Shown here one piece after another: positions 1-11,858 of a DNA stretch of 64,000 nt (the first letter of the stretch is position 1; the number at the start of each line of letters is the position of its first letter). The notes beneath the pieces were generated by a model that did no database searches, was not told where the DNA came from, and saw nothing but the letters and a program-made list of their open reading frames with translations. A program made the position numbers and the translations under genes. Source of the stretch: Chthoniobacterales bacterium (lineage in GTDB: Bacteria > Verrucomicrobiota > Verrucomicrobiia > Chthoniobacterales > UBA10450); assembly GCA_035948375.1 (NCBI GenBank), contig DASZJH010000092.1:4557-68556 (forward strand). Reading direction: 5' to 3'.

Positions 1-1111
1 CAACGTAAACCGTGCCGACCGGTTTCTCCGCTGAACCACCGTCCGGCCCGGCAATCCCAGTGGTTGCCAGCAGATATGTCGATCTTGCGCGTTTGCGCGC
101 GCCTTCCGCCATCGCCCGCGCTACTTCCTCACTGACCGCGCCATGTTCCTCGATCAATTTTGGATCGATCCCGAGGATGTCGATCTTTGCCTCGTTCGCA
201 TAACAAATGTAGCCGGCTAGCAGAACCGCTGATGAACCGGGCACGTTGGTGATTCGGTTGGCAAGCAAACCGCCGGTGCACGATTCCGCAATCGCCAGCG
301 TTTCTTTTCTTTTCGTCAGTAATTCGACCAAAACTTCTTCCAGCGTTTTGTCACTGGCAGTGAAAATCACGTCGCCAAGCTCAGCCCGAACAATCTGATT
401 CGCTTGATCCAGCGCGTCGCGTTCGCCGATAATCCTTACATCTACTTCGCCCGGCCGCGCGCAATAACCCAGTTCGACACCTGGAATCGCGAGAATCTTC
501 TCTCCGATTTTTTCTTCGATGACCGATTCGCCCATCACTGCAATCTTGTAAAAGCGGCGCTCAATCTTTGTTGGGCCTTTGACGATTGATCGCAAGATCG
601 ACATCGCATGCGCGCGAAACATCGGCTGCAGCTCGCGCGGCGGACCCGGCAACAGAAAAACGTGCGGCGAAGGAATTGCCGCATTGATGTTCGCCTTCAA
701 ATACAATCCAGACGCGCTGCCATTTTCGTTTGGAAGGATCTGCGCGTTTTTCGGAACTTGCGCCTGCCGCGCGATGCTGGAGACCCATTTGATTCCGCGG
801 AGCCGCAATCGCTCCTTCAGCGATGCCAGCAACTCGGCGTCCTCTTGCGATTTTAATCCGAGAAGCTCAGCGGCGACGTCGCGCGTGATGTCGTCGCTCG
901 TCGGCCCGAGTCCACCGGTAGCGAAAATGATTTCTGCGCGCGAAAATAACTCCTTCAGCGTTTCCCCGATCGCTGCGCCGTCACCGACAGTCCGCCGTTC
1001 TTCAATTCGAAGCCCGAGCGGAAAGATTTCGCGCGCGATGAACGCGAGGTGCGTATCGTCCACATCGCCCGCCAATAGCTCCGTACCGGTATTGAGAAGA
1101 GCCGCGCGCAT
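1..1111 (-). CDS. cinA: CinA-family competence/damage-inducible protein (MoCF-type N-domain plus PncC-like C-domain); 3' end runs off the window
   Basis: Absent from the ORF track because no stop lies in the window. Hand translation from ATG (1111-1109) gives MRAALLNTGTELLAGDVDDTHLAFIAREIFPLGLRIEE. The frame stays open to position 2 and reads ...ESCTGGLLANRITNVPGSSAVLLAGYICYANEAKIDILGIDPKLIEEHGAVSEEVARAMAEGARKR...TGIAGPDGGSAEKPVGTVYV, the CinA C-domain signature. Confidence 0.85.
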   Translation of the reverse strand, partial: MRAALLNTGTELLAGDVDDTHLAFIAREIFPLGLRIEERRTVGDGAAIGETLKELFSRAEIIFATGGLGPTSDDITRDVAAELLGLKSQEDAELLASLKERLRLRGIKWVSSIARQAQVPKNAQILPNENGSASGLYLKANINAAIPSPHVFLLPGPPRELQPMFRAHAMSILRSIVKGPTKIERRFYKIAVMGESVIEEKIGEKILAIPGVELGYCARPGEVDVRIIGERDALDQANQIVRAELGDVIFTASDKTLEEVLVELLTKRKETLAIAESCTGGLLANRITNVPGSSAVLLAGYICYANEAKIDILGIDPKLIEEHGAVSEEVARAMAEGARKRARSTYLLATTGIAGPDGGSAEKPVGTVYV

Positions 1112-1176
1112 TCAAGATCGACAATAGAACGTTCAATCGCGAACGCTCAACTGCGAACGCGTAGGCAATCCGCTGC

Positions 1177-2487
1177 TTAAGCTGCGTCTTTCTGCTGCTT
1201 CTTCCGGATCAGCGGAAGCCTTCTGCCTTCGACCACCGCGCGATTGATCGTCACTTCGGCTATGTCTTGCGGCTTCGGTGGCTTGCCCGGTTCCTCCGGT
1301 TCACCCGGCACATCGTACATGATGTCGAGCATGAGACGCTCGAGCATCGAACGCAGCGCGCGAGCGCCGGTTCCTTTGGTGACCGATTGAGCTGCCAGCG
1401 CACGCAAGGCGTCTTTCGTGACCGTCAACCGCACGCCTTCCATCGCAAAAAGCTTGGTGTATTGCTTGATCATCGCGTTCTTCGTTTCGGTGAGAATCGC
1501 GACCATCTCTTCTTCGGTGAGCGCGTCGAGAGACGCAACAACCGGCAAGCGCCCGATGAATTCAGGGATCATTCCGAACGAAAGCAAATCTTCCGGTTCG
1601 ACGTGTCGAATCGCTTCCTTCCGCGCGGATTCTTCCACTTCGAGCGTCGGACTACCGAACCCCATCACTTTATTGCCGAGTCGTTTCTGAACGATCTTAT
1701 CCAGTCCGATAAACGCACCGCCGCATATGAACAAAATTTTCTCAGTGTTGACCTGAATGTATTCCTGGTGCGGATGCTTGCGTCCGCCCTGTGGCGGGAC
1801 GTTGCATGTCGATCCTTCAAGAATTTTGAGCAACGCCTGTTGCACGCCTTCGCCTGAAACGTCACGCGTGATCGAAACGTTGTCAGTCTTGCGGCCGATC
1901 TTGTCGATCTCGTCGATGTAAACGATCCCGATCTCGGCCCGCTTCACATCGTAGTCCGCATTTTGTAGCAATCGCAAAATGATGTTCTCTACGTCTTCGC
2001 CGACGTAGCCCGCTTCGGTCAGCGTGGTCGCGTCCGCGATACAAAATGGAACATCGAGGATTCGCGCCAGGGTTTTTGCGAGAAGAGTTTTTCCGGAGCC
2101 GGTCGGTCCGATTAGGAGAATATTACTTTTTTCGATCTCAACATCCGCGAGTGGGTCGGGCTGAAACGCTGCCGACGAATCCGCCGATGTTGAAGTTTGT
2201 AGAACGCGTTTGAAATGATTGTGCACCGCCACCGAGAGCGTTTTCTTGGCGACGTCCTGCCCGATCACGTATTGATCGAGCGAGCGCCGAATCTCCGCCG
2301 GTTTGGGCACGCGAATGTTCGATGATTGCCGCCGCGCGTCTTCGTTCAGTTCCTTGTCGAGAATGCTTTTGCAGACATTGATGCAGCTGTCGCAAATATA
2401 AACGCCCGGGCCGGCGATGAGTTTGCGCACCTCGGCGTGGCTTTTGCCACAGAACGAGCACATCGTGAGGTTGGTCGCGCGCGCCAT
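1177..2487 (-). CDS. clpX: ATP-dependent Clp protease ATP-binding subunit ClpX
   Basis: 436-aa ORF with an N-terminal zinc ribbon (CSFCGK...CDSC), Walker A GPTGSGKT and Walker B VYIDEIDK. It lies directly downstream of clpP. Confidence 0.97.
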   Translation of the reverse strand: MARATNLTMCSFCGKSHAEVRKLIAGPGVYICDSCINVCKSILDKELNEDARRQSSNIRVPKPAEIRRSLDQYVIGQDVAKKTLSVAVHNHFKRVLQTSTSADSSAAFQPDPLADVEIEKSNILLIGPTGSGKTLLAKTLARILDVPFCIADATTLTEAGYVGEDVENIILRLLQNADYDVKRAEIGIVYIDEIDKIGRKTDNVSITRDVSGEGVQQALLKILEGSTCNVPPQGGRKHPHQEYIQVNTEKILFICGGAFIGLDKIVQKRLGNKVMGFGSPTLEVEESARKEAIRHVEPEDLLSFGMIPEFIGRLPVVASLDALTEEEMVAILTETKNAMIKQYTKLFAMEGVRLTVTKDALRALAAQSVTKGTGARALRSMLERLMLDIMYDVPGEPEEPGKPPKPQDIAEVTINRAVVEGRRLPLIRKKQQKDAA

Positions 2488-2510
2488 ATTTTGCCCTAAT
2501 TAAGCAGCTT

Positions 2511-3185
2511 CTATTCCTCCGATTTTCGGCCGCCGCGTTCTGACTCGCCCGAATTAGCGCCATCCAAGCCCTTCACTTCCTTGCGAGACTTGATCACTTC
2601 ATCCACCAGCCCATAGACCTTCGCCTCCTGCGCCGACATGTAATAATCGCGGTCTGAATCGAGCCGCACCTGGTCTTCCGGTTTGCCCGTGTGCTGCGAA
2701 ATGATTTTGATCAGGCGCTTTTTTAACTTGAACATGTAGTCGACTTGGCGCTCGACATCGCTAGCCGCGCCTTGCGCCCCGCCCGAAACCTGATGGATCA
2801 TGATGTCGGAATTCGGTAACGCGAATCGTTTGCCCTTTGTTCCGGCGCAAAGCAGAACCGCCGCCATACTCGCCGCCATCCCGAGGCAGTAGGTAGTCAC
2901 ATCACACGTCAGAAATTGCATCGTGTCGTAGACCGCGAGGCCCGATGTAACATTTCCGCCCGGCGAATTGATATAGATGTTGATGTCCTTCTTCGAATCC
3001 TCCATTTGAAGAAACAACAACTGCGCGATCACCAGGTTCGCGACGTGATCGTCGATCGGCGTTCCGATGAAAACAATCCGGTCTTTGAGCAAACGTGAAT
3101 AGATGTCGTAACTCCGTTCGCCCCGGCCGGTTTGCTCAACCACCATCGGAATCAGGATCGATTGCGATCTGTTTTCGTCACTCAT
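2511..3185 (-). CDS. clpP: ATP-dependent Clp protease proteolytic subunit ClpP
   Basis: 224-aa ORF with the ClpP core (GMAASMAA catalytic Ser region, IMIHQVSGG His region). It carries an extra ~25-aa G/E/S/K-rich C-terminal tail. Confidence 0.97.
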   Translation of the reverse strand: MSDENRSQSILIPMVVEQTGRGERSYDIYSRLLKDRIVFIGTPIDDHVANLVIAQLLFLQMEDSKKDINIYINSPGGNVTSGLAVYDTMQFLTCDVTTYCLGMAASMAAVLLCAGTKGKRFALPNSDIMIHQVSGGAQGAASDVERQVDYMFKLKKRLIKIISQHTGKPEDQVRLDSDRDYYMSAQEAKVYGLVDEVIKSRKEVKGLDGANSGESERGGRKSEE

Positions 3186-4507
3186 TTCTTTTGCTCTTCC
3201 GAAACCGGTTGGACGCTAACATTCGCCTTTAGGAAATCAAGAGTCTTGCCGAGCAGAATCTGTTCCGCGAGTGCGTTAAGTCCATCGTGCTCTTCGAGTT
3301 CCTTGCGCATTTTGTCGGCTGTAATGTTGTAGCGCTGGGCTTCCTGTCGGATGCGAAGATCGACATCCTCGGGGGTCACTTCGATTTTTTCCTGCTCGGC
3401 AATCCGCTCCAGAATGAAATTCGTTTTCAAACGATGGTGCGCCACGCTCGCCGCGGTCTCGATTAGCTCCTTTTCTTTTTCCTTCAACATTTCGTCCGGA
3501 ATACCGCGCGCGCGGTTGCGTTGAACGAGCTCCACCAGCGCACGCTTCGTCTCGTTACGCAATAACGGCGGCGGCACATCGAACTTTGTCTTCTCATGCA
3601 GCGATTTGATGATCTGTTCTTCTTTCGCGTGCTCGATCTGGTGTTCTTTTTCGTGCTCCAGATCGTGCTCGATCTCATGTCGTAGATCGGCCAGCGTCTT
3701 ACCTGGCAATAGTTTCACTGCAAACGCGTCGTCCACGACCGGCAGAACTTTTTCCTTAATTTCACGAAGCGTTACCGAGTAGCTCGCCTGTTTGCCGGCC
3801 AGCTCTTTTACCAGAAAATCCGCCGGAAAATCGACAGTCACAGTTTGTGTCTCGTCTTTTTTCCGGCCGACGATTTGCTCGCAAAACTTGGGAAGAAAAT
3901 TATCGGTCGCGAGACGTAGCCAGAATTTTTTCCCACCGTGCAAATTCTTGCTCGCGTTCGGAGCGATTTCGCTGATCGGCTTGCCGTCCATCGTCCCTTC
4001 GAAGTCGATCACTGCGAAATCTTCCATCTGCGCGGGGCGATCCGGAACATCGACAAAATCCGCCGTTTGATCGCGCAATCGTTCCAATGTCGCCCCGATT
4101 TCGGCTTCCGTGACTTTCGTATCCGGTAATTGCACCGAAATCTTTTTGTAATCGGGCAATTTGAATTCCGGCGCGGTCACCACGGTCGCCTGGAACCGCA
4201 TCGATTTATCTTCGCCAAACTGAACGTCTTCGAGATTCGTCAGTGACGCCACCCGTAATTTCTTTTGCTCGATCGCCTCGCGATAACTTTTCGATACGAG
4301 TTTCTTGGTGACTTCGTCCTGAATCTCTTTGCGAAATCGTTTGTCGATTACCGCGCGCGGCGCTTTGCCCGGCCGATATCCCGGAATCTTGGCGAACCGC
4401 ACGAAACTATTCGCGATCACGTCCCACTCTTTCGAAACTTCTTCCGCCGGCAATTCGATCCTCAGTGTCGAGACCGACTCCGGCTTTTTCTCTACCTGAA
4501 CCTTCAT
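3182..4507 (-). CDS. tig: Trigger factor
   Basis: 441-aa ORF with the N-terminal ribosome-binding signature [13 protein letters not shown]. It shows the classical tig-clpP-clpX order and a 4-nt overlap with clpP. Confidence 0.95.
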   Translation of the reverse strand: MKVQVEKKPESVSTLRIELPAEEVSKEWDVIANSFVRFAKIPGYRPGKAPRAVIDKRFRKEIQDEVTKKLVSKSYREAIEQKKLRVASLTNLEDVQFGEDKSMRFQATVVTAPEFKLPDYKKISVQLPDTKVTEAEIGATLERLRDQTADFVDVPDRPAQMEDFAVIDFEGTMDGKPISEIAPNASKNLHGGKKFWLRLATDNFLPKFCEQIVGRKKDETQTVTVDFPADFLVKELAGKQASYSVTLREIKEKVLPVVDDAFAVKLLPGKTLADLRHEIEHDLEHEKEHQIEHAKEEQIIKSLHEKTKFDVPPPLLRNETKRALVELVQRNRARGIPDEMLKEKEKELIETAASVAHHRLKTNFILERIAEQEKIEVTPEDVDLRIRQEAQRYNITADKMRKELEEHDGLNALAEQILLGKTLDFLKANVSVQPVSEEQKK

Positions 4508-4555
4508 CGAGCAGCCACGCTACGCCGCGCGCAATTGGAGGGCAACCGGTCCAAC

Positions 4556-4990
4556 CTATTTCTTATCGAATTTTGTTAGCTGCGAAAACACGCACTGCCA
4601 GCGTCCGCCTTGTTTGATGAAAAAATCTGTCGCCCGTTCCTGCGTCGTAAATTCCTGGCCCATGAATTTTCCCTTCGACTTCGTGATCGCCGTGACCACG
4701 GCACTGGCTCCATAGCCGCGGACCTTCACATTCTCCGACTCCATCATCTCATGGGTCAGCTGACCTAATTTGATCACGCTCAGGAAACGCGCTTTGTCGA
4801 TAATGTTCCCGTCCGGATCGACGATTACCCAGTCGTCAGCAAGAAACTTTCCGACCGCGTCCGCGTCGTTGCTGACGACAGCGCTCGCGAAATCCTTTTC
4901 TAGTTTCGCGAGTTCCTGGTCCACATCATTGCTTCTTATCTGACAAGAAATTGTAAGCGCAGCTACGAGCAATGTGAGCGTTGGCTTCAT
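4556..4990 (-). CDS. Exported SnoaL-like / DUF4440 (NTF2-fold) lipoprotein
   Basis: The track ORF (to 5200) has an R-rich N-terminus that overlaps hutI. The internal ATG at 4990 forms an ATGA overlap with the hutI stop and gives [16 protein letters not shown] (lipobox), followed by a ~125-aa DUF4440-like domain (...[14 protein letters not shown]...[13 protein letters not shown]). Confidence 0.7.
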   Translation of the reverse strand: MKPTLTLLVAALTISCQIRSNDVDQELAKLEKDFASAVVSNDADAVGKFLADDWVIVDPDGNIIDKARFLSVIKLGQLTHEMMESENVKVRGYGASAVVTAITKSKGKFMGQEFTTQERATDFFIKQGGRWQCVFSQLTKFDKK

Positions 4991-6216
4991 ACTTTCTCGC
5001 CGAGCACGTAAACCGAATGCGTCTGCGGAATTCCGAACCAATACGCGAGCTCGCGGTAATCTTCGCAATCGAACACCGCGATGTTGGCGAGCTTGCCCGG
5101 CTCCAACGACCCGACCTTGTCGCCGCGACTCAACGAATACGCGGCGTTGATCGTTGCCGCGGTGATCGCCTCCGCTGGTGACGCTTTCATTTGCGTGCAA
5201 GCAAGCGAAAGAATCATCGGCATCGATGGCGTCGGCGATGAGCCGGGATTGAAATCGGACGCGAGAACAACCGCCAGACCGACATCGATCATTTCTCTAG
5301 CGCGGGGATACGATGTCGATCCAATCGCGTAAACGGATCCCGGCAGCAAAACCGGCTGCACGTTGGCGGATTTCAAGGCGGTGATACCGTGCCCGTCCGA
5401 TTTCTCCAAATGATCGGCAGTCGTCGCGCCAAGCTCCGCCATCAATCTCGCGCCGCCGGAATTCGAAAGTTGATCGACGTGACCACGCAACTTGAGCCCA
5501 AGTTTCCGGGATGCGCTCAAAATCTTGCGCGATTGCTCAATGTCGAAGTAACCGCGCTCGCAAAACACGTCGCAGAACTCGGCAAGCCTTTCTTTGCTAA
5601 CGCGCGGCAACATTTCGTTGATCACAAGATCGACATATTTTTCCGGCGACATTTCGCGCGGAACCGCATGAGAGCCGAGAAATGTGGGAACAATTTCCAG
5701 CGGCGTTTCAGAATTTAACCGCCGGATCACGCGCAAAATCTTTAGCTCGTCTTCGACCGTCAGTCCGTAGCCGGACTTCGCTTCGATCGTCGTCGTTCCG
5801 CATTTTAGAAACCAATCGGCGCGCTTCTTTGCTAACTGGAAAAGTTGTTCCTCACTCGCGGTCCGCGTTTTCTCGACCGTCGACCAGATTCCGCCGCCGG
5901 CTTTCGCGATTTGCTCATAAGTCTCGCCGCGCGCGCGCCGCTCGAAATCGTCCAATCGGTTTCCGCCGAAAACCAAATGGGTATGCGCATCGACAAACCC
6001 CGGCAGCGCGACTCGTCCGCCAAGATCGACAATCTCCGCACCCTTCGATTGCTTTTCGATTTCGTTACTCGGACCGACGTCGATCTTGCCTTCGCGAATT
6101 AGGATTCCGCCGTCGCGAATGATTCCTAGCTCGGATAATTCCTTGCCGATGCGAGGGCGCTTCGGTCCAGAAAGCGTTACGAGCTGCGACGCGTGAAGAA
6201 GAGCGAGCGACTTCAA
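4987..6216 (-). CDS. hutI: Imidazolonepropionase
   Basis: 409-aa ORF with the amidohydrolase metal motif [13 protein letters not shown]. It has a HutI-like layout and lies inside the hut operon. Confidence 0.93.
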   Translation of the reverse strand: MKSLALLHASQLVTLSGPKRPRIGKELSELGIIRDGGILIREGKIDVGPSNEIEKQSKGAEIVDLGGRVALPGFVDAHTHLVFGGNRLDDFERRARGETYEQIAKAGGGIWSTVEKTRTASEEQLFQLAKKRADWFLKCGTTTIEAKSGYGLTVEDELKILRVIRRLNSETPLEIVPTFLGSHAVPREMSPEKYVDLVINEMLPRVSKERLAEFCDVFCERGYFDIEQSRKILSASRKLGLKLRGHVDQLSNSGGARLMAELGATTADHLEKSDGHGITALKSANVQPVLLPGSVYAIGSTSYPRAREMIDVGLAVVLASDFNPGSSPTPSMPMILSLACTQMKASPAEAITAATINAAYSLSRGDKVGSLEPGKLANIAVFDCEDYRELAYWFGIPQTHSVYVLGEKV

Positions 6217-7901
6217 GCGATTTTGCTCTGCACGATCTGATCGATCTTTTTGAACTGGGCTTCGGAATCCGCCTGAACCTTTCGAAGCTTCTCGTGCAGC
6301 GCTGTCTTGAACTTCTCGTCCTTCAATTGGCCGAGGTTGATTCGAACATTCAACGCCGCGCCATCGACGCAGGCCCGTGTTGCCAGCGCGCCGACGCCAA
6401 CGTCGGAAACGGACGCCGGGTTTCCCTTCTCCGCCATTTCCGCCAGCAGTTCGTAAGATTTCGCGGCGGTCTCCATCACTTTGAGCGGAATCTCCGCCGC
6501 GTACTTAGTCGCGGATTCGACTGCCGCGGCTCGCGCCTTTTTTTCTTCCTCGGATCCTTTCGGTAGTCCAAACGCGTCCATTACTTTGTTGAAAGCGTTC
6601 GTGTCTTCGTCGACCAGCGCAAGCAATTCATCTTTCAGCTTCTGCGCTTTCACCGCCCAATCGCTGAAATATTGAAGTTTATCGTCCCAGCCGCGTTTGC
6701 CGGCGGAAAGATTCGCGACCATGCCGCCGAGCGACGCACCGAGCGCGCCCATCAACGCCGCGACCGACCCGCCCCCGGGCGCGGGCGAATCGCTCAAAGT
6801 CTCATTGCAAAATTCGCGCAGATTCATTGTCACCGGCGATTTCGAATCGCTTTCGATCTTCAATTCAATCACTTTTTCTTTCGGATCGAAAGGTTTCAGC
6901 TCGCTCAATCCCATCGACCGGACGGCGATGTCGATCAATTCTTCCTCCGACGCGCCTTCCGACCACTTTTGCTTTCGCAAAAAGTAACGGCCAGCATCGG
7001 TCAGGCATTTCTTCGGAACCATGCCAACGATTTCCGAGCCAGTGACACGAAGACCGCGTTGGATTGCCGACTCAACGCAGGCATCAAACGCGACGTGCAG
7101 CGGTGTTTCGTCGATGTCGGTGAGGTTCATCGACACTTGGGCGATCCCGTACTCTTTCACGAACCAACCGATCGCCTTGACGTGTTTCAACATCCCGGGA
7201 ATGCGAACTGGTTCTCCCTTTTCATCCAGAACCTTTTTGCCCGAAGGCGTTCCATCTTCGGTTTTGAATCGCCCCTGCTCGCGAACGTCGAACGCAATCG
7301 AGTTCGCGCGCCGGACTGATTTCGTGTTCAGGTTTACGTTGTAAGCGACGAGAAATTCTCGCGCACCGATCGCCGTCGCGCCGGCTTTCTCGTTGAATTT
7401 CGCCGGCCCAAAATCCGGTTTCCATTCCGGCTTCTTGATTTTTTCGGCAAAGCCTTCGTATTCGCCGGCGCGGACCACCGCAAGATTGCTTCTCGATTTC
7501 TCCTTCGCCGCCTTTTCGTAGAGATAAACAGGGATTCCCAATTCGTCGCCGACGCGCTTTCCCAACTTCTTCGCGCACTCGATTGCTTCTTCCCAAGTGA
7601 CGCCGCTCACCGGGATGAACGGACAAACATCGGTCGCGCCCATACGCGGATGCGCACCTTTATGTTTGCGCATGTCGATTAATTCCGCCGCTTTCTTGAT
7701 CCCGCGAAACGCTGCTTCGATCGCCGCGTCCGGAGTTCCGACCAACGTGACAACAGTGCGGTTGGTGGTCGCACCAGGATCGACATCAAGCAACGAGACG
7801 CCGTCAGTCGATTTAATCGCGTCCGTTATTTGCCGGATTATGTTTTCGTCGCGCCCTTCCGAAAAATTCGGCACACACTCGATCAGCTCTTGCATGCTCA
7901 A
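6213..7901 (-). CDS. ftcD: Bifunctional glutamate formimidoyltransferase / formimidoyltetrahydrofolate cyclodeaminase (FTCD-like fusion)
   Basis: 562-aa ORF. The N-terminus has the formiminotransferase signature [10 protein letters not shown]. The C-terminal ~200 aa is a helical cyclodeaminase-type domain ([28 protein letters not shown]). It overlaps hutU and hutI by 4 nt each. Confidence 0.88.
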   Translation of the reverse strand: MSMQELIECVPNFSEGRDENIIRQITDAIKSTDGVSLLDVDPGATTNRTVVTLVGTPDAAIEAAFRGIKKAAELIDMRKHKGAHPRMGATDVCPFIPVSGVTWEEAIECAKKLGKRVGDELGIPVYLYEKAAKEKSRSNLAVVRAGEYEGFAEKIKKPEWKPDFGPAKFNEKAGATAIGAREFLVAYNVNLNTKSVRRANSIAFDVREQGRFKTEDGTPSGKKVLDEKGEPVRIPGMLKHVKAIGWFVKEYGIAQVSMNLTDIDETPLHVAFDACVESAIQRGLRVTGSEIVGMVPKKCLTDAGRYFLRKQKWSEGASEEELIDIAVRSMGLSELKPFDPKEKVIELKIESDSKSPVTMNLREFCNETLSDSPAPGGGSVAALMGALGASLGGMVANLSAGKRGWDDKLQYFSDWAVKAQKLKDELLALVDEDTNAFNKVMDAFGLPKGSEEEKKARAAAVESATKYAAEIPLKVMETAAKSYELLAEMAEKGNPASVSDVGVGALATRACVDGAALNVRINLGQLKDEKFKTALHEKLRKVQADSEAQFKKIDQIVQSKIA

Positions 7902-9565
7902 TCGCGCGCCTTGGGCTGCATCGGAATGTCGATTTTACTTTTGGCGGCGAAATCGATAGCGCGTGAGTAACCGGCGTCGGCGTGACGCAGCACGCCCATC
8001 CCTGGATCGCTGGTGAGAGCGCGTTCCAATCGTCGTTTCGAATTTTCGCTGCCGTCGGCCACGACAACCATCCCCGCGTGTTGGGAGAACCCGATTCCGA
8101 CACCGCCGCCGTTGTGAATTGAAATCCATGACGCGCCCGCAGCGGTATTAATTAATGCGTTGAGCAGCGGCCAATCCGCGATCGCATCGCTGCCGTCGAT
8201 CATTCCTTCAGTTTCGCGGTTAGGGGAAGCGACCGAACCAGCATCGAGATGATCGCGCCCGATGACGATCGGCGCCTTGATCTCACCACGTTTCACGAGT
8301 TCGTTCATCGCAACGCCAAATTCGGCGCGCTCGCCATAACCGAGCCAGCAGATCCGAGCGGGCAATCCTTGGTAATGGATCCGTTCTTTCGCGAGCTTCA
8401 TCCAACGCGACAGGGTTTTGTTTTCGGGAAACAACTCTAGCGCCAGCTTATCGGTGCGCGCGATATCGTCCGGTTCGCCACTTAATGCGACCCAACGGAA
8501 CGGACCGCGGCCTTCACAAAAAAGCGGACGGATGTATTCCGGAACGAAACCCGGAATATCGAAGGCGTTTTTCACACCTGCTTTCTGCGCCTGTGCGCGA
8601 ATGTTGTTGCCGTAATCGAAAGTCACTGCGCCTTTCTTTTGCAACGCCAGCATCGCTTCGACGTGCGTCCCCATCGTCTGCATTGAACGCTCGACATATT
8701 CGTCTGGATTTTTCCGGCGCAGCGCCAACGCATCTTCCAGGGACATACCGTTCGGCACGTAACCGTTGAGGGCGTCGTGCGCGCTGGTTTGATCCGTTAG
8801 AACATCGGGAACAACCCCACGTTTCACAATTTCGCGCAAAACATCGGCGCAATTGCCAACGAGACCTACCGACACCGATTGTCGATCTTTGCGCGCCCGC
8901 TCGATCATTTTGAGCGCTTCATCGAGCGAGCGGGCAATATTATCGCAATAGCCACTCTTCAGCCGTTTCTCGATTCGCGCCGGATCGACGTCGACGCCGA
9001 GGAAAACAGCACCGTTCATCGTAGCGGCGAGAGGTTGGGCACCGCCCATCCCGCCGAGGCCGCCGGTCAGGACGAATTTTCCTTCAAGTGAGCCGCCAAA
9101 ATGTTTTCGACCTGCCGCGGCGAAAGTCTCAAACGTGCCCTGAACGATCCCCTGACTGCCGATGTAAATCCACGAACCGGCGGTCATTTGTCCGTACATC
9201 GTCAACCCGAGTCGCTCGAGCTTGTTGAACTCGGCGTAGTTGTTCCACTGGCCGACTAGGTTCGAGTTCGCGATTAGAACACGTGGCGCTTCATCATGTG
9301 TTCGAAATTTTCCAACCGGCTTGCCGGATTGAACCAAGAGCGATTCGTCATCTTCCAATTCGCGAAGCGAACGCACGATCGCATCAAACGCATCCCAGCT
9401 ACGCGCCGCCCGGCCCGTGCCGCCATAAATGATTAGTTGATCGGGATTTTCTGCGACGTCGGGATCGAGATTGTTCATCAGCATCCGCATCGCGGCTTCC
9501 TGATGCCAGCCTTTGCAGCTCAGCTCGCAACCCCGCGGCGCGCGAATGCTCCGATTTCCACTCAT
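7898..9565 (-). CDS. hutU: Urocanate hydratase
   Basis: 555-aa ORF, urocanase-like throughout, with the NAD-site motif [13 protein letters not shown]. Confidence 0.96.
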   Translation of the reverse strand: MSGNRSIRAPRGCELSCKGWHQEAAMRMLMNNLDPDVAENPDQLIIYGGTGRAARSWDAFDAIVRSLRELEDDESLLVQSGKPVGKFRTHDEAPRVLIANSNLVGQWNNYAEFNKLERLGLTMYGQMTAGSWIYIGSQGIVQGTFETFAAAGRKHFGGSLEGKFVLTGGLGGMGGAQPLAATMNGAVFLGVDVDPARIEKRLKSGYCDNIARSLDEALKMIERARKDRQSVSVGLVGNCADVLREIVKRGVVPDVLTDQTSAHDALNGYVPNGMSLEDALALRRKNPDEYVERSMQTMGTHVEAMLALQKKGAVTFDYGNNIRAQAQKAGVKNAFDIPGFVPEYIRPLFCEGRGPFRWVALSGEPDDIARTDKLALELFPENKTLSRWMKLAKERIHYQGLPARICWLGYGERAEFGVAMNELVKRGEIKAPIVIGRDHLDAGSVASPNRETEGMIDGSDAIADWPLLNALINTAAGASWISIHNGGGVGIGFSQHAGMVVVADGSENSKRRLERALTSDPGMGVLRHADAGYSRAIDFAAKSKIDIPMQPKARD

Positions 9566-11061
9566 AAGTCATCGAATTTACCCACACGAATCATTTCAGC
9601 CACCCGCGCAATGTCGCCAGACAACGAACGATCGGTCATTAAGCGGGGCGCGACTTCTCGTACTAGTCGGAACGCGCGCTCAACTCCTTTCCCCGCTTTC
9701 AACGGATGACGATGTTCGAGCGCTTCCGCGCCGGCGAGCAGTTCGATCGCCAAGAGATTCTCCGCAAGGTCGACAATCGACCGCAGTTTGAGCGCGCCGG
9801 TCATTCCCATCGAAACGTGATCCTCTTTTCCACCGGACGTGGTCACGTTGTCCGAGCTCGCGGGGTGTGCGAGGACGCGCGCTTCGCTCACTAGGGATGC
9901 CGCCGCGACCTGCGCGATCATAAAACCGGATTCAACGCCGGGTTTGGGCGCGAGAAACGCCGGAAGTCCTTCGCTTTTATCGGGATTGGTCAGCCGATCG
10001 ATGCGCCGTTCGCTGATGTTCATAAGATCCGTCAGCGCAATCGCGGTGTAATCGAAAGCGAAAGCGAGTGGCGCGCCGTGAAAATTTCCGCCCGAGATCA
10101 CGTCTCCACTCTCAGCAAAAACAAGCGGATTATCGGTGGCCGAGGCCGATTCAATCTCCAAAATCCGTTCACAATGCGCGATGACATCGCGAACCGCACC
10201 GTGCACCTGCGGCATGCAACGAATGCTGTAGGCGTCCTGCACGCGCGGGTCGTTCTTGCGATGCGATTCCCGGATCTCGCTGGTTTTCAAAAGCGACCGC
10301 AAATGGGCCGCCGCAGCTTTTTGTCCGGCATGCGGTCGCGCGGCGTGCAATCGCGGATCAAATGCCGCCGGCGTATCGCGCAATCCTTCCAACGTCATGG
10401 CACCGGCTACGTCGGCAAGATTCGTGAGTCGTTCCGCTCGCAAGATCGACAATCCACCAACCGCGTGCATCGCCTGGGTTCCATTGAGAAGCGCGAGCCC
10501 TTCCTTCGCCGCCAGCTTCACCGGTTTCAACTTCACCCGCTTGAGTGCGTCGGCGCTTTCCTTTCGTTTGCCATCGAGAAACGCCTCGCCTTCGCCGATC
10601 AAGCTCAGCGCGAGATGCGCGAGTGGGGCGAGATCGCCACTGGCGCCGACCGAACCCTTTTCGGGCACGACCGGATGAACGCGATGATTCAACATTTCGC
10701 AGAGCAGTTCGACCACTTCCGGACGAATGCCGCTGAATCCCAGCGCGAGCACGTTTCCGCGCAACAACATCATCGCGCGGACTTCCGCCTCGGAAAGCAG
10801 CGGACCAATGCCGCAAGCATGGCTGCGAACGAGATTCAGTTGAAGCGCACCAATCTCTTCGTGCGGGATCCGCATATCGGCGAGTTTGCCAAACCCGGTG
10901 TTTACGCCGTAGACGACGCTGTCGCGTGCGACGATTCCGTCGATGACCTTTCGAGACGCAGTCATTCGTTTTCTGGCGGCGGATGCGATTTGAACTCGCT
11001 CATCGCCATAAGCTACCCCAGCGACTTCCGATAACGACAAGGCCTGGCCGCTTAATTCCAT
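9562..11061 (-). CDS. hutH: Histidine ammonia-lyase
   Basis: 499-aa ORF with the MIO-forming Ala-Ser-Gly in [14 protein letters not shown]. It is the first gene of the coupled hut operon. Confidence 0.96.
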   Translation of the reverse strand: MELSGQALSLSEVAGVAYGDERVQIASAARKRMTASRKVIDGIVARDSVVYGVNTGFGKLADMRIPHEEIGALQLNLVRSHACGIGPLLSEAEVRAMMLLRGNVLALGFSGIRPEVVELLCEMLNHRVHPVVPEKGSVGASGDLAPLAHLALSLIGEGEAFLDGKRKESADALKRVKLKPVKLAAKEGLALLNGTQAMHAVGGLSILRAERLTNLADVAGAMTLEGLRDTPAAFDPRLHAARPHAGQKAAAAHLRSLLKTSEIRESHRKNDPRVQDAYSIRCMPQVHGAVRDVIAHCERILEIESASATDNPLVFAESGDVISGGNFHGAPLAFAFDYTAIALTDLMNISERRIDRLTNPDKSEGLPAFLAPKPGVESGFMIAQVAAASLVSEARVLAHPASSDNVTTSGGKEDHVSMGMTGALKLRSIVDLAENLLAIELLAGAEALEHRHPLKAGKGVERAFRLVREVAPRLMTDRSLSGDIARVAEMIRVGKFDDL

Positions 11062-11101
11062 CTGTCCGATGTTAGCGACAAGTCGGGCAAATGAAAGGCG
11101 G

Positions 11102-11755
11102 CTAGCGGTCGGCGATTCTTTTGCGCGCGGAATGTGCTTTCCGCTTCGGCTCCGACATTGCCGGAAGCGGCGGCGGCTGAAGCGCGGCGGTTTCCTCCAA
11201 GTCCTCTTTCCATGCGGTTATTCCAGTGCGCGCACGCCCTCCAAGGTGACCAAGAAAGCCGTGACGCCCCGCTTCATATTCGGCGTCATCTTTGACCGGG
11301 CACCAGAAGAGGCGGCCGGCGCGCCGCCAACCGTCGAGAACAATCCCGTCGAGGAATGGCTGATTTCTCGCGGTTATGACCAGCGCGTTGTTCTCTTCGG
11401 ACTCCTTTGCCCAAGCTGTGCCCCAATGAAGGACAAGCGTCTTGAATCGCATTTCCCGTAGACGCGCGCCGATATCGCGCGTGTAATCGGCGCAGATGCC
11501 TTTCTTCTTTAGGCCAATGTTAATCAAATAATTGTGAAAAGCGGGGTCACCACTGACGCCGTATTCGCGGGCGAGCTGCACCGAAGTTGCATGGGCCGTC
11601 GTCGACAACAGCTCGGCCTCGCGAGGATCGACAGTGTGCGGCGAAAGAGCAATCAGCGCATTGCGCAAGTTGTAGATCGATTCTTTGTCCTGTGCTGAAG
11701 CAGAAAGCCTAAAGCAAAGGCTGAGCGCAACGGTTAGTGCGAATCTCGAATTCAC
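11102..11755 (-). CDS. Hypothetical secreted protein
   Basis: GTG at 11755 with AGGAG 7 nt upstream. The N-terminus VNSRFALTVALSLCFRLSASAQD looks like a signal peptide. No family recognised; KKGICADY is only faintly transglutaminase-like. It ends 40 nt upstream of hutH. Confidence 0.6.
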   Translation of the reverse strand: MNSRFALTVALSLCFRLSASAQDKESIYNLRNALIALSPHTVDPREAELLSTTAHATSVQLAREYGVSGDPAFHNYLINIGLKKKGICADYTRDIGARLREMRFKTLVLHWGTAWAKESEENNALVITARNQPFLDGIVLDGWRRAGRLFWCPVKDDAEYEAGRHGFLGHLGGRARTGITAWKEDLEETAALQPPPLPAMSEPKRKAHSARKRIADR

Positions 11756-11782
11756 AGTCGAACTCCTCGTTGACGTTAAAAT

Positions 11783-11818
11783 AAAAAGGCCAGGCCGCAA
11801 AGCGACCCGGCCTTTTTT
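11783..11818. terminator. Bidirectional-looking intrinsic terminator hairpin
   Basis: GGCCAGG (11788-11794) pairs with CCCGGCC (11806-11812) with one mismatch. An A-run (11783-11787) and a T-run (11813-11818) flank the stem. It lies just downstream of the small lipoprotein gene. Confidence 0.55.
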
Positions 11819-11858
11819 GTCAAAGCCGTCCCAAAATGGGACAGCGCGGACGAAGGGG

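Noticed and set aside
4991-5200. N-terminal extensions of track ORFs (4556-5200, 35028-35759, 36869-37270, 40154-40726, 22010-23338, 23984-25858, 15461-17029, 57354-58460, 45952-46401, 31357-32079)
   Set aside because: Each extension overlaps the upstream conserved gene and is R-rich. Internal starts reproduce canonical N-termini ([37 protein letters not shown] and others) and usually create ATGA/GTGA junctions.
10078-11034. 318-aa plus-strand ORF
   Set aside because: It is antisense to hutH and has no motifs, so it is a shadow ORF. The same applies to 579-1127, 6672-7319, 28637-29191, 39228-39776, 39861-40475, 57396-58052 and 58052-58633.
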